Below are positions 8,594 through 17,657 of a DNA stretch of 64,000 nucleotides, in pieces; the first letter of the stretch is position 1, and every line of letters starts with the position of its first letter. Under the pieces are notes generated by a model. That model had not been told where the DNA came from and made no database searches. It was given only the letters and a program-made list of their open reading frames with translations. Origin of the DNA: an uncultured Candidatus Binatia bacterium. GTDB lineage: Bacteria; Desulfobacterota; Binatia; UBA9968; JAJDTQ01. Location: the NCBI GenBank assembly GCA_965215605.1, contig OZ244070.1, positions 2,624,001 to 2,688,000 on the forward strand, read 5' to 3'. Position numbers and translations under genes: made by a program.

Positions 8594-10270
8594 TCAGGGT
8601 CTCAGATCCTTCTCCTCGAACGGAATCGGCTTCACAACCGGCTTTACCCGGTCCCCTTCCTTCTCCACGGAAATCCAGTTGAGGCAGTTCTGGTCGTCCC
8701 GTTCGGGGTAGTCGTCGCGGGTGTGCTGGCCGCGGGATTCCTTGCGCTCCAGGGCGCAGCGCGCCACCATCTCGCCGACCCAGGACAGGTTCGAGCATTC
8801 GAGGGACTTGACGAGGTCGCGGAGGTTGTCGGCCTTGAGCCGGGGGACCTTTTCCCGGCGGATCTCCTGGAAGCGCTCCACTCCGGCGGTGAGCCCGCGC
8901 TCGTTCCGCACGACGCCGGTGCTTTCCCAGGCGGTGTTCTTTATCTCCTCGTGCAGTTCGGTGGGATCCAGTCCCTCGTCGCGTTTGAAGGCTTCGATCC
9001 TTTCGATCTCGGCGGACAACTCGCCCGGGTCCACATCATCCAGCTCCGCGTCCGCCGCGTAAATCGCCGCGTATTTCCCCGACCGGGCTCCCAGCGCGAA
9101 GGCGCTGGCGATGGCGTTGCCGGAGAGCCGGTTGGAGCCGTGGGTGCCGGTGGCGGACTCGCCTGACGCGTAGAGCCCCTCGACGCCGGGGACCTCACAG
9201 CGCTCGTTGATGTCGAGGCCCCCCAGGAAGGTGTGTAGCGCCGGCACCCATTCGAAGCGGTCGGAGCGGGCGTTGACGCCGGCCTTGCCGAGCTTGGGGG
9301 TGTACTCGAACTGGATCTCGTCATCCCATTTTTCGTCCGGGATGTAGGACGGGTCCAGGTAGACGGGGCCGCGCCCTTCGAGCATTTCCTTGTAGGTGGC
9401 GCCCACCAGGATGGCCCGGGTGGTGCCCTCCAGCCGCTCCGGATCGTATCTTTCCAGGAACCGCTCGCCCAGGGCGTTGAAGAAGCGGCCGCCCTTGCTG
9501 GTGAAGGGCGACAGGCCGGCCATGGAGATGGCCTCGCCGCCGGGCGCCGGGATCAGCGTGAACTCCAGGAACTCCAGGTTGGCCAGCGGCGCGCCGATGT
9601 CGAACGCTGCCACGTAGGCGTCGCCCGTGGTGAGGAAGTTGGCGCTGGTGTATTTCTGGATGCCGATGGCGCTGCCCGCGGCCAGCACCACGGCCCGGGC
9701 GCGGTACGCCTCGTAGGTGCCCTTCTGCACGTTGATGCCGAAGGCGCCGGCGACTCGGCCGTTCCGGCGCAGGAGCTTCGTGACCATGGTCCACTGGCGC
9801 ACCTGGACTTCGCGGTTGAAGACCTCCTTGCGGAGCGACCCCAACATGCCCACGCTGCCGCCCACCGGCGGGCAACTGCGGGCGTAGGAGCTGCCCAGGC
9901 GCTTCTCCTGGTAGAACTGCTTGCCGTCGGGGGTCTTCTTGAAGTGCAGCCCCATTTCCTCCAGCTCGATGACCCGGTCGGTGACCTCGTCGACGATGGC
10001 CCGGACGATCTTCTGGTTGGGGATGAAGTCGCCTCCAAGGATCGTGTCCTTGAAGTGCATGTCCTTGCTGTCGCGGGGGTCGGCGTGGGCGAAGGCCGCC
10101 TGGGGGACGCCGCCGGAGGTGGGGCTGGAGCCGCTGCGCCCGAGCCGTCCCTTGTCCACCAGCACCACGTCCATGTTGCGCTTGGACGCCTCCAGCGCCG
10201 CCATGCACGCCGCCAGCCCGCCGCCGATGATGAGGACGTCGCAGTCCGTGGTCTGGACGGAATCGCTCAT
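8594..10270 (-). CDS. FAD-dependent oxidoreductase, SdhA/FrdA/AprA/NadB flavoprotein family
   Basis: Start MSDSVQ. IIGGGLAACMAA FAD loop, TTGD, HTFLGG, HGSNRLSGN, ESRGQHTRDDYP. Confidence 0.88.
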   Translation of the reverse strand: MSDSVQTTDCDVLIIGGGLAACMAALEASKRNMDVVLVDKGRLGRSGSSPTSGGVPQAAFAHADPRDSKDMHFKDTILGGDFIPNQKIVRAIVDEVTDRVIELEEMGLHFKKTPDGKQFYQEKRLGSSYARSCPPVGGSVGMLGSLRKEVFNREVQVRQWTMVTKLLRRNGRVAGAFGINVQKGTYEAYRARAVVLAAGSAIGIQKYTSANFLTTGDAYVAAFDIGAPLANLEFLEFTLIPAPGGEAISMAGLSPFTSKGGRFFNALGERFLERYDPERLEGTTRAILVGATYKEMLEGRGPVYLDPSYIPDEKWDDEIQFEYTPKLGKAGVNARSDRFEWVPALHTFLGGLDINERCEVPGVEGLYASGESATGTHGSNRLSGNAIASAFALGARSGKYAAIYAADAELDDVDPGELSAEIERIEAFKRDEGLDPTELHEEIKNTAWESTGVVRNERGLTAGVERFQEIRREKVPRLKADNLRDLVKSLECSNLSWVGEMVARCALERKESRGQHTRDDYPERDDQNCLNWISVEKEGDRVKPVVKPIPFEEKDLRP

Positions 10271-10278
10271 GCGCCGGC

Positions 10279-10500
10279 TCAGGAACCCGCGGCCGCGGGT
10301 TCCTTTTTCTTCTTGGGCCGCAGCACCACCTCGATGGCGTCTTCGGGACAGACCAACTCGCACAGGAAGCAGTTGACGCAGTACTTGTTGCCGAAGGGAA
10401 AGACCTTGTCCTTCTTGTTGGTGAAGCGGAAGACGTCGGCGCCGCAGTCGTAGACGCAGATGCCGCAGCCGTCGCATTTGTGGGGGTCGACTCGTATCAC
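10279..10500 (-). CDS. 4Fe-4S dicluster ferredoxin
   Basis: CDGCGICVYDC and CVNCFLCELVCP, directly upstream of the flavoprotein. Confidence 0.88.
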   Translation of the reverse strand: MIRVDPHKCDGCGICVYDCGADVFRFTNKKDKVFPFGNKYCVNCFLCELVCPEDAIEVVLRPKKKKEPAAAGS

Positions 10501-10583
10501 GCTCGTGTCCCTTACACCGACGATCTATAGCCGAATCGAAGGGTCAATACCATTGAAGACACAGGAAAGAGCGGAGACGCGAC

Positions 10584-10785
10584 ATGGATAACGACGCCTA
10601 CGTCACCTACCACGGCAATACCGAGGCCGACAGGGAGATCGCGCAGCGCAGCGTGCTCTTCATCGACAACGAGACCGCGGCCCGGGTCCTCACCATGGAA
10701 AACACCATCGACGCGGTGGAGAAGTCGTACCGGGAATGGGGTTTGGGGCAGGCCACCGCGACCCGGGCGACGCACTCGGTGCCGC
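10584..10785 (+). pseudogene. Ornithine cyclodeaminase/mu-crystallin family, N-terminal fragment
   Basis: SVLFIDNETAARVLTMENTIDAVEKSYREWGLG matches the family N-terminus. Similarity stops near 10785 and the frame then runs antisense into the helicase gene. Confidence 0.6.
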
Positions 10786-10833
10786 GGCCCCTTTTTCGGT
10801 GCGGACGAAGAACGTCTTGCGGCCAGCAAGGCG

Positions 10834-12711
10834 TCATGAAGGCGTGTCAGGAGAGGCCGAAAGGGCGACGCAGGTATTCGCAGCCGCGATGGATTCAATC
10901 TTCTGCGTGTACACGTTGGCCCCACTTGCCGTCATCAGCAGGCATTCGCGCGCGCGTGTCATCGCGACATACAGCTCGCGGGTTTCCTCGGCGACGTTTT
11001 CCCGCTCGGTCCGTAGTTTCCCCAAGCCAACGAGAATCACGCGCGAAAACTCCAACCCCTTGCTGCTCTGTTGTGTCATAAGCACCACGTGATCGGCCTG
11101 TGGATTGTAGCGCTTCTTCCTTGCAGCCTTGTCGAGCAACTGGCAGGGGATTTCTCGCTGCTCGAACTCCTGCGCCACGGCTTCGCCCATCCAGTGCGCG
11201 TCGTAAATGATCGCCACTTCCCGCCACGGCACTCCGTCGTCGTGCCACTTTGCAACGCAGTCGGCAGCGAAACGGGCTTCTTCTTCGAACGAACCCCACT
11301 GCCTGAATATCGGCATGGGGCCGTCCGCTCCCGCAGCCTGCGGCTTGACTAACGGCACTTGGTCGTCACCCGGGTTCTTCTCCTGAAGCAATTCCTTGGC
11401 GAACTCGTAGGCGACGTTGAGGATTTGGCGTGTGTTGCGGTAGTTGAGATTGAGAATCTTCGTGCGGCCGCGCGCCTGCACGCCCACGCTTGACAAGGAG
11501 AACCCCAGGCCGCTTCGACGGTAGATGGACTGGGCGTCATCGTACAATAGCAACAGCGAGTTCGTGTTCCGGTCGACCATCCAGACGACGAGTCGTAGCC
11601 AGTCTTCCTCGAAATCGTGGCTTTCGTCGATCAATAACGCGCCGTATTGCCCCCGCGGGATCTGTCCCTTCTCGACGCCGGCGATCACGCTGTCCACTTG
11701 CCGTTCCCAAACCGGCTTATCGCCTTCAGCGACGTCCACGTGATGGGTTCTCAGTTGCTCTCCGCACCAGTCGTGAAAATGGTAGACATGCACCTTGTCG
11801 GCGATGCCCTTGCTGCGCATGTGACTCCTGAGCTTCGCCGCCAGGGTGATGTTGAAACACAAGACGAGAATCGGCTTGTTGAGCAATTCCGCCAGAACCT
11901 CGGCCCGGAATTCCAGAATCAGGGTTTTCCCGGAACCCGCCACACCGTGAATGACGCGATGCCCGTCGCCGAGGCCGCGGGCCAGTTGTTCCTGATGGAT
12001 GTCCATCACCTTGACGACATCCGGGACGGACACCCGTCCGGGTGCCTTCTGTTGCGGGAAAAGCTCCAGGTTGTCGATGCGGATTTCCGGGTACAGGTGC
12101 CAGCGGATGCGGTTCAGATCGCGCAGGGTCAGCGGCTGTTTGAATCGGTACTCGAACATGCCCTGGAGGCGTTCCCGGAATTCTTCCGGGTCGGTGTCCT
12201 CCAGCATCTCGTCCCTGCAGATCAGCAGGCGGCTTGGCAGCAGCCGTTCGATTACGTCATCCGGCGCCACAGACTGGATCTGCTTGCGGGTAATGTTCGT
12301 CAATACCACGCCGTACCCATAGGGGCAAATCAACTTCCCCTTGTACTGGCCTTGTTTCTCCTTCAAATGCGGGTCGCATTGGAGCATGTCGATAGTATGC
12401 AAGGCACCTTCGCGCGCCTGTTTGACGGGATTGGCCGTGGCTTTCAAGCCGCTGTCGGTGTTCAATTGAACTGTGTCGTGGTCGATGCTGCTGATCGAGC
12501 TCAGCTTCCAGTCCTTGACTTCCAGGAACAGCAAACCGCACCGGGGATGCACGAGGATGAAATCCGGATAACGCCGCCGCTTTCCCACTGGTACGTTGTA
12601 GAAGCACAACCAGTCGTCGTCGAGCAGAGTTTCCAAGCGATGCGCCAAGCGCTGTTCGCCGGGGGTAGCTTTCGCGTTGCCCAGTCTTAAATTTGGGATG
12701 ATGATCGCCAT
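10834..12711 (-). CDS. NERD nuclease fused to UvrD-like SF1 helicase
   Basis: YPDFILVH...LEVKDW (NERD), Walker A GVAGSGKT, LIDESHDF, LNYRN, SKGLEF, LYVAMTRAR. Confidence 0.88.
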   Translation of the reverse strand: MAIIIPNLRLGNAKATPGEQRLAHRLETLLDDDWLCFYNVPVGKRRRYPDFILVHPRCGLLFLEVKDWKLSSISSIDHDTVQLNTDSGLKATANPVKQAREGALHTIDMLQCDPHLKEKQGQYKGKLICPYGYGVVLTNITRKQIQSVAPDDVIERLLPSRLLICRDEMLEDTDPEEFRERLQGMFEYRFKQPLTLRDLNRIRWHLYPEIRIDNLELFPQQKAPGRVSVPDVVKVMDIHQEQLARGLGDGHRVIHGVAGSGKTLILEFRAEVLAELLNKPILVLCFNITLAAKLRSHMRSKGIADKVHVYHFHDWCGEQLRTHHVDVAEGDKPVWERQVDSVIAGVEKGQIPRGQYGALLIDESHDFEEDWLRLVVWMVDRNTNSLLLLYDDAQSIYRRSGLGFSLSSVGVQARGRTKILNLNYRNTRQILNVAYEFAKELLQEKNPGDDQVPLVKPQAAGADGPMPIFRQWGSFEEEARFAADCVAKWHDDGVPWREVAIIYDAHWMGEAVAQEFEQREIPCQLLDKAARKKRYNPQADHVVLMTQQSSKGLEFSRVILVGLGKLRTERENVAEETRELYVAMTRARECLLMTASGANVYTQKIESIAAANTCVALSASPDTPS

Positions 12712-12757
12712 GGAATGGAGTTACTTCGCTTTCGCGGACAGTTCAAGGCTGTCGCCA

Positions 12758-13858
12758 TCAAGAGTGCAATCGCGGAAGCTGCCATGCCGGCGAAGGACGG
12801 CCGCCTAGTTCGTTCTTTTCCCAGAGCTGTCCCAGACTGTAATCTTCCAACCAGACCTCAAGCGTTTCGTCGTCCAGTCTTCGGAGTTTCGTGGCGCCTT
12901 CAACGCGTTCGGCTACCAGTACGTCTTCGGGCTCGAAGTGATCCAGCAGTATGGGGGACTGCGTCGCGACAATGATCTGTGACTCGATGGACGCTTGTTT
13001 CAAGAATGACGCCACCAGGGTGATCGCATATGGATGCAGTCCAAGCTCCGGTTCGTCCAAGAGTACGACAGAGGGTCGTAGTGATGATGGCTGGAGCAGA
13101 AGCGTGGCTAAGGCAATGAACCGGAGCGACCCGTCGGACAGCGATGAGGCGTCGAAGTATGCATCCGAGCCTACGTGCCGCCATTCAAGACGTATATTGT
13201 CTTCGTTCAAGGCCAGAGGCTCGAGTGCGAAATCATCGAAAAATGGAGCCGTCAGTCGGATGGTGCGACGGATTTGAATGTAGGAGCTTTCGTGTCTCTT
13301 CTTCAGGAAATACAGGAATGCAGCAAGATTTGAGCCATCCGGGCGCAGATGACGATTGTCGTGTATGTCGGCCGTCCTCTTCATTGGAGATGCAGAACCT
13401 GTATCGTGGAAGTGGTACAGCCGCCAGCTCTCCACCCTGTCCCTGGTGAATTCAAGAGCCGGCACAACGCCAGGCTGTGGTTCGAGGTCTCTGACGAAAT
13501 CCGGTGGGAGTTCGGTTGCGGCCATCGATATTCGCGGAAATAACTGATCGTCAGCGCCGTGAGGCATCTCGACACTGAAATCCGCCAACTCGTCAGCGAA
13601 CCGGACATCGTACCTTATGGTTCGTGTCGTCTTCGACCCGAAGTGTAGGAGACGGTCAGCCCCACCGGAGCGGCGGATATGGTCCGCCGTCTGAGATGCA
13701 CTCAGAATGGCCGTTCGCAAGAGCTTGAGGGCGTCGAGAAAGTTGGACTTGCCTGATCCATTGGCGCCAATCAGGACATTCAGCGGCCGTAACTCCAATT
13801 CTCGCAGTTCGGCTATGCTCCTGAAGCCTTGAATCGTGATTGTGCGGATTGCTGCCAT
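12758..13858 (-). CDS. ABC-type (AAA_21/AAA_15-like) ATPase
   Basis: Start MAAIRTITIQGFRSI. GANGSGKS, LSDGSLRF, VLLDEPELGLHP, ATQS. Confidence 0.88.
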   Translation of the reverse strand: MAAIRTITIQGFRSIAELRELELRPLNVLIGANGSGKSNFLDALKLLRTAILSASQTADHIRRSGGADRLLHFGSKTTRTIRYDVRFADELADFSVEMPHGADDQLFPRISMAATELPPDFVRDLEPQPGVVPALEFTRDRVESWRLYHFHDTGSASPMKRTADIHDNRHLRPDGSNLAAFLYFLKKRHESSYIQIRRTIRLTAPFFDDFALEPLALNEDNIRLEWRHVGSDAYFDASSLSDGSLRFIALATLLLQPSSLRPSVVLLDEPELGLHPYAITLVASFLKQASIESQIIVATQSPILLDHFEPEDVLVAERVEGATKLRRLDDETLEVWLEDYSLGQLWEKNELGGRPSPAWQLPRLHS

Positions 13859-14003
13859 GATTCTCTTTACGTGGGCGACCGAGGTCAACTCGACGCATCG
13901 AATCATTTTCCGAACACCAAGATGCCACGTTGCCGCGCCGGCAGCAAATTGGTGAGCGGCCAAGCACATTACTGGGGTCGCCGCGAACGGCGGCGAGGGC
14001 TCT

Positions 14004-14768
14004 TTACCGCTTGACGTGCGTGCTCACGCCCCGCAAACGTGGAGGATGAAGTTCGCTGTCGAAGACGCCCCGTTTCCCGCCGAGGAAATCCATTGCGTCA
14101 GTCCAGGCCCTGGCTTCCGCCGGGGTGATTTCGTCGTGCGCGCGGTGGTCGTGTTTCTCGATGAACCGGTCGAGGGTGTCGCGCAGGGCTTCGGCGGTCC
14201 GGCGTTGGATGTCCCGTAGATCGGCGAGGCGCGGATGGGCGGGGTGACTCTCCTCGGCGATGAGGAAATGCGGCACGCAGATGCCTGAAGAGCCACGGCA
14301 CTTCTCGGAGAACGTCTCGTCTCTCAGCAGGTCCAGCAGTTGCCGCAAATGGACGGACTCGGAACGGGCGGCGTGCACACAGGCGGGGCAGGTCGTCTTC
14401 TTGACTCGGGTGCGCAGGGTCGTGGCGGCGCGTGTCAGCCAACTCCTCAGGGCCCGCCATCCGGATGCGGGCCGCGGACCGGCCATTCCATGGAAACGGT
14501 TCAGCAGATCCTTCGCGATGATGGCGAAGCCCAGGTCCGGGGCGCTGGATGCCGGAAGGTCGCGCAGGAGCCACGTGTGCGGGTTGCAGAGGCCGAAGGA
14601 CTCGCGCAGCATCTCCCGCGTGGGCACGTCGGTGACCCGTTCGTAGAAGACACTGTCGAGGTAGGCGCGGCTGTCGTCGATGACGATGCCGCAGATGGGA
14701 CAGCCCGGCGCGTCGAGCCGGTCGAAGAGCTTGAAGTAGAAGCTGTCGTGGCGCGTCTGTTCGTTCAC
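14004..14768 (-). CDS. DUF6062-like protein with two CPxC/CxxH repeats
   Basis: GCPIC...GLCNPH and TCPAC...GICVPH. Confidence 0.65.
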   Translation of the reverse strand: MNEQTRHDSFYFKLFDRLDAPGCPICGIVIDDSRAYLDSVFYERVTDVPTREMLRESFGLCNPHTWLLRDLPASSAPDLGFAIIAKDLLNRFHGMAGPRPASGWRALRSWLTRAATTLRTRVKKTTCPACVHAARSESVHLRQLLDLLRDETFSEKCRGSSGICVPHFLIAEESHPAHPRLADLRDIQRRTAEALRDTLDRFIEKHDHRAHDEITPAEARAWTDAMDFLGGKRGVFDSELHPPRLRGVSTHVKR

Positions 14769-14803
14769 TTTACGCTGGCCGTGCCTGCCCCGCCCCGGCC
14801 CTT

Positions 14804-14833
14804 CCTGGATTCCCGCTTTCGCGGGAATGACGG
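14804..14833. repeat. REP-like palindrome
   Basis: CCTGGATTCCCGCTTTCGCGGGAATGACGG, the reverse orientation of the 8544 copy. Confidence 0.75.
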
Positions 14834-14834
14834 T

Positions 14835-17579
14835 TTACTTCTTCAGCGCCCGCCAGATCTTCTCGCCGGTCACCGGCAGGTCGGTGATGCGCGCGCCCAC
14901 GGCCTGGTCCACGGCGTTGGCGATGGCCGACGGCACGGGGAGGATGCCGCTCTCCCCCAGGCCCTTGGCGCCGTAGGGGCCGGCGCCGTTGCCGTTTTCG
15001 AAGAGGATGTTGATCTGCTCGTCCGGCAGGTCGGAGATCTTCGGCAGCCGGTAGGTGAGGGCGTCCGGCGTGAGCATCAGGCCGTTCTCGTACACGGTCT
15101 CCTCGAACATCGCCTGCCCGAGTCCCTGCAGGAAGGCGCCCTGTTCCTGGGTGTGGCAAACCTGGGGGTTGATGGCCTTGCCGGCGTCGGCGATGCCGAC
15201 GTACTTGAGCACCCGCACCTCCCCCGTGTCCCGGTCCACGTGGACCTTGGCCGCGCCCCATCCTACCTCCCAGAACGGCGCGCGGGCGCCGAGGGGGGCG
15301 TCGGGGTCGCGTTCGCTCACCTGGCGGCCTTCTCCCTTGATGATGCCGCCCGTGCCCTCGACGTGGCGGACCAGCGCCGAGAAGGGGAAGGCGATCTCCC
15401 CCAGGCGCACCTCGCCGTTGGCGAGGGTCGCGGCGGCGCCGGGGCTCTTTCCCAGTGAGCGGGCGGCCGCGACGAGCCGGTCGCGGACGGCCTGGGCGGC
15501 CTTCTGCACCGCGAGGCCCATGACGGTGGTGCCGCTGCTGGCGTAGGTGCCCATGTCGAAGGGGGTCGATTCGGTGTCCAGGGGCGCTACCTCAACGGCC
15601 GTGGGCCGCACGCCGAGCTCCTGCGCGGCGATGCGCGCCAGGGCGGTGTGGGAGCCCTGACCGATCTCGATAGTGCCCTCGTGCAGGGTGATCCGGCCGC
15701 CGTCGTCCACCTCCACCCGCGCGGACGAGATCTTGAAGTTGCCCCCGCCGTCCTTGCAGGCGCAACTGACGCCGACGCCGCAGTCCGGCTCCAGTTCCTC
15801 CCCCCAACCGATTTCCTTGGCGGCGCGCAGGAGTCCCTCCCGCAGGTCGGTGTCCAGAGGGGTTTCCCCGGGGGCGAACTCCTCGCCTTTTTCCAGGAGG
15901 TTCTTGAGCCGGAACTCCACCGGATCCCAGCCCATCTCCCGGGCGATCATGTCCATCTGCGATTCGTAGGCCCACGCCACCTGGGGCGTGCCCATGCCCC
16001 GGAACGCGCCGGCCGGCACCGTGTTGGTGTACACCGAGTAGGCGTGGGAGCGGATGTGGGGGATGCGGTACGGGCCGGGCGCACGGAAGCCCGTCTTCTG
16101 GGCGACCCGGGGACCCGAATCCGAGTAGGCGCCACCGTCCACGTGCACCAGGCAGTCCCGCGCCACGAGCTTGCCGTCCCGGTCCACGCCGGTGCGGAGC
16201 CTCACGCGGGCGGCCGGCTTGCTCACCGTGCGCGACTCGTCTTCCAGCGACAGGTGCAGGAACACCCGCCGCCCGGCCTTGCGGGACAGGGCCAGCGCCA
16301 AGGGCTCGAGCTTGGTGTGGTTCTTGTTGCCGTAGGTGCCTCCCACCAGCGGCACCACCACCCGCGCCTTCTCCCGCGGCACGCCGAACATCTCGGCCAG
16401 CTCGTTGCGGACGATGAACTGGTGCTGGGTGGAGCACCACAACGTGAACCCGTCGTCATGCCACTCGGCCACGGCGAGCTGCGGCTCCATGGAGTAGTGG
16501 GCGATCTTGGGGAAGTCGAAGGTGTGTTCGAAGATCCGTTCCGAGGCGGCGAACCCCGCGTCGACGTCGCCTTGGGCGCGCTCGTAGTGAAAGCTTACGT
16601 TGGCGTACTTCTTTGCTTCGTCGTCGACGCCAGGATATCCCGGAAAGCTCGGCGCGTCGTCGCTGACGGACTCGTGGAGGGGCGGTGCACCGGGATCAAG
16701 CGCCTCGTCCATGGTCATCAGCGCCGGCAGCGGCTCGTACTCCACATCGATGAGCCCGAGGGCGGCGGTAGCCGCTTCCAGCGTCTCGGCGGCCACCGCG
16801 GCTACGACGTCGCCGTCGTAGCGGACCTTGTCAATGGCCAGAACCGGAGTGTCCTTCACCAGCGGGCCGTGGAACGGCTCGATGTCCTTGAGGTCCGCGG
16901 CCGTGAGCACCGCCACGACCCCAGGATGGGCCTCGGCCGCGGAGGTGTCGATGCCGAGGATGCGGGCATGGGCGTGGGGGCTGCGCAGGACCCGCGCGTA
17001 GAGCATGCCCGGGTGCATCAGGTCGGCGGTGTAGACCGGCTCGCCCCGGACCTTGGCGGCGCCGTCGAGGCGGCGCTCGTCGAGGGGCCGCGGGGCCGGC
17101 GCATCCAGCCCGCGCAGCAGCGCGGCGGCACGATCGACCGACCGGATGATGGAAATGTAGCCGGTGCAGCGGCAGATGTTGCCGTCCAGGGCGGCCTTGA
17201 TCTCCTCCTCCGAGGGGTCCGGATTCTCGTCGAGCAGCGCGCGGGCGGCGAGGATCATACCCGGGGTGCAGAAGCCGCACTCGAAGCCGCTTTCCTCCCA
17301 GAACGCCTCCTGCACCGGGTCCAGCGCGTCGTCGCTGCCGAGGCCCTCGATGGTGGTCAGTGAGCGTCCGTCGATCTCGTGGGTGAGGGTCGTGCAGGCG
17401 CTCACCGGACGGCCGTCCAGCAGTACCGTGCAGGAGCCGCAAACCTCCACCTCGCAACTCGTCTTGGTGCCCCTGAGTCCCAGGGTGTGGCGCAGGAAGT
17501 CCGCCAGCAGCAGCTCCGGCGCCACGCTGGCGCGGCGCGCCTGTCCGTTCAACTCGAATTGAATCTGGATCTGGTTCAT
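14835..17579 (-). CDS. Aldehyde oxidoreductase-type fusion: 2x[2Fe-2S] domain plus molybdopterin-binding domain
   Basis: CEVEVCGSCT, ECGFCTPG, NICRCTGY, then LRSPHAHA, AFRGMG, EIGQG, GAKGLGES. Confidence 0.92.
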   Translation of the reverse strand: MNQIQIQFELNGQARRASVAPELLLADFLRHTLGLRGTKTSCEVEVCGSCTVLLDGRPVSACTTLTHEIDGRSLTTIEGLGSDDALDPVQEAFWEESGFECGFCTPGMILAARALLDENPDPSEEEIKAALDGNICRCTGYISIIRSVDRAAALLRGLDAPAPRPLDERRLDGAAKVRGEPVYTADLMHPGMLYARVLRSPHAHARILGIDTSAAEAHPGVVAVLTAADLKDIEPFHGPLVKDTPVLAIDKVRYDGDVVAAVAAETLEAATAALGLIDVEYEPLPALMTMDEALDPGAPPLHESVSDDAPSFPGYPGVDDEAKKYANVSFHYERAQGDVDAGFAASERIFEHTFDFPKIAHYSMEPQLAVAEWHDDGFTLWCSTQHQFIVRNELAEMFGVPREKARVVVPLVGGTYGNKNHTKLEPLALALSRKAGRRVFLHLSLEDESRTVSKPAARVRLRTGVDRDGKLVARDCLVHVDGGAYSDSGPRVAQKTGFRAPGPYRIPHIRSHAYSVYTNTVPAGAFRGMGTPQVAWAYESQMDMIAREMGWDPVEFRLKNLLEKGEEFAPGETPLDTDLREGLLRAAKEIGWGEELEPDCGVGVSCACKDGGGNFKISSARVEVDDGGRITLHEGTIEIGQGSHTALARIAAQELGVRPTAVEVAPLDTESTPFDMGTYASSGTTVMGLAVQKAAQAVRDRLVAAARSLGKSPGAAATLANGEVRLGEIAFPFSALVRHVEGTGGIIKGEGRQVSERDPDAPLGARAPFWEVGWGAAKVHVDRDTGEVRVLKYVGIADAGKAINPQVCHTQEQGAFLQGLGQAMFEETVYENGLMLTPDALTYRLPKISDLPDEQINILFENGNGAGPYGAKGLGESGILPVPSAIANAVDQAVGARITDLPVTGEKIWRALKK

Positions 17580-17618
17580 GGGTTCCTCGGTGCGGATGCC
17601 GCGTGGGCGGCCTCTTCG

Positions 17619-17657
17619 AATACGGGCTCAGGACCAGTAATACGGCTCAGGACCAGT
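17619..17657. repeat. ~19-20 bp tandem duplication spanning the UbiD-family stop codon
   Basis: AATACGGGCTCAGGACCAGT followed by AATACGGCTCAGGACCAGT. Confidence 0.8.

Noticed and set aside
8594-10477. 627-aa version of the flavoprotein
   Set aside because: The extension overlaps the ferredoxin gene. The start at 10270 fits the family.
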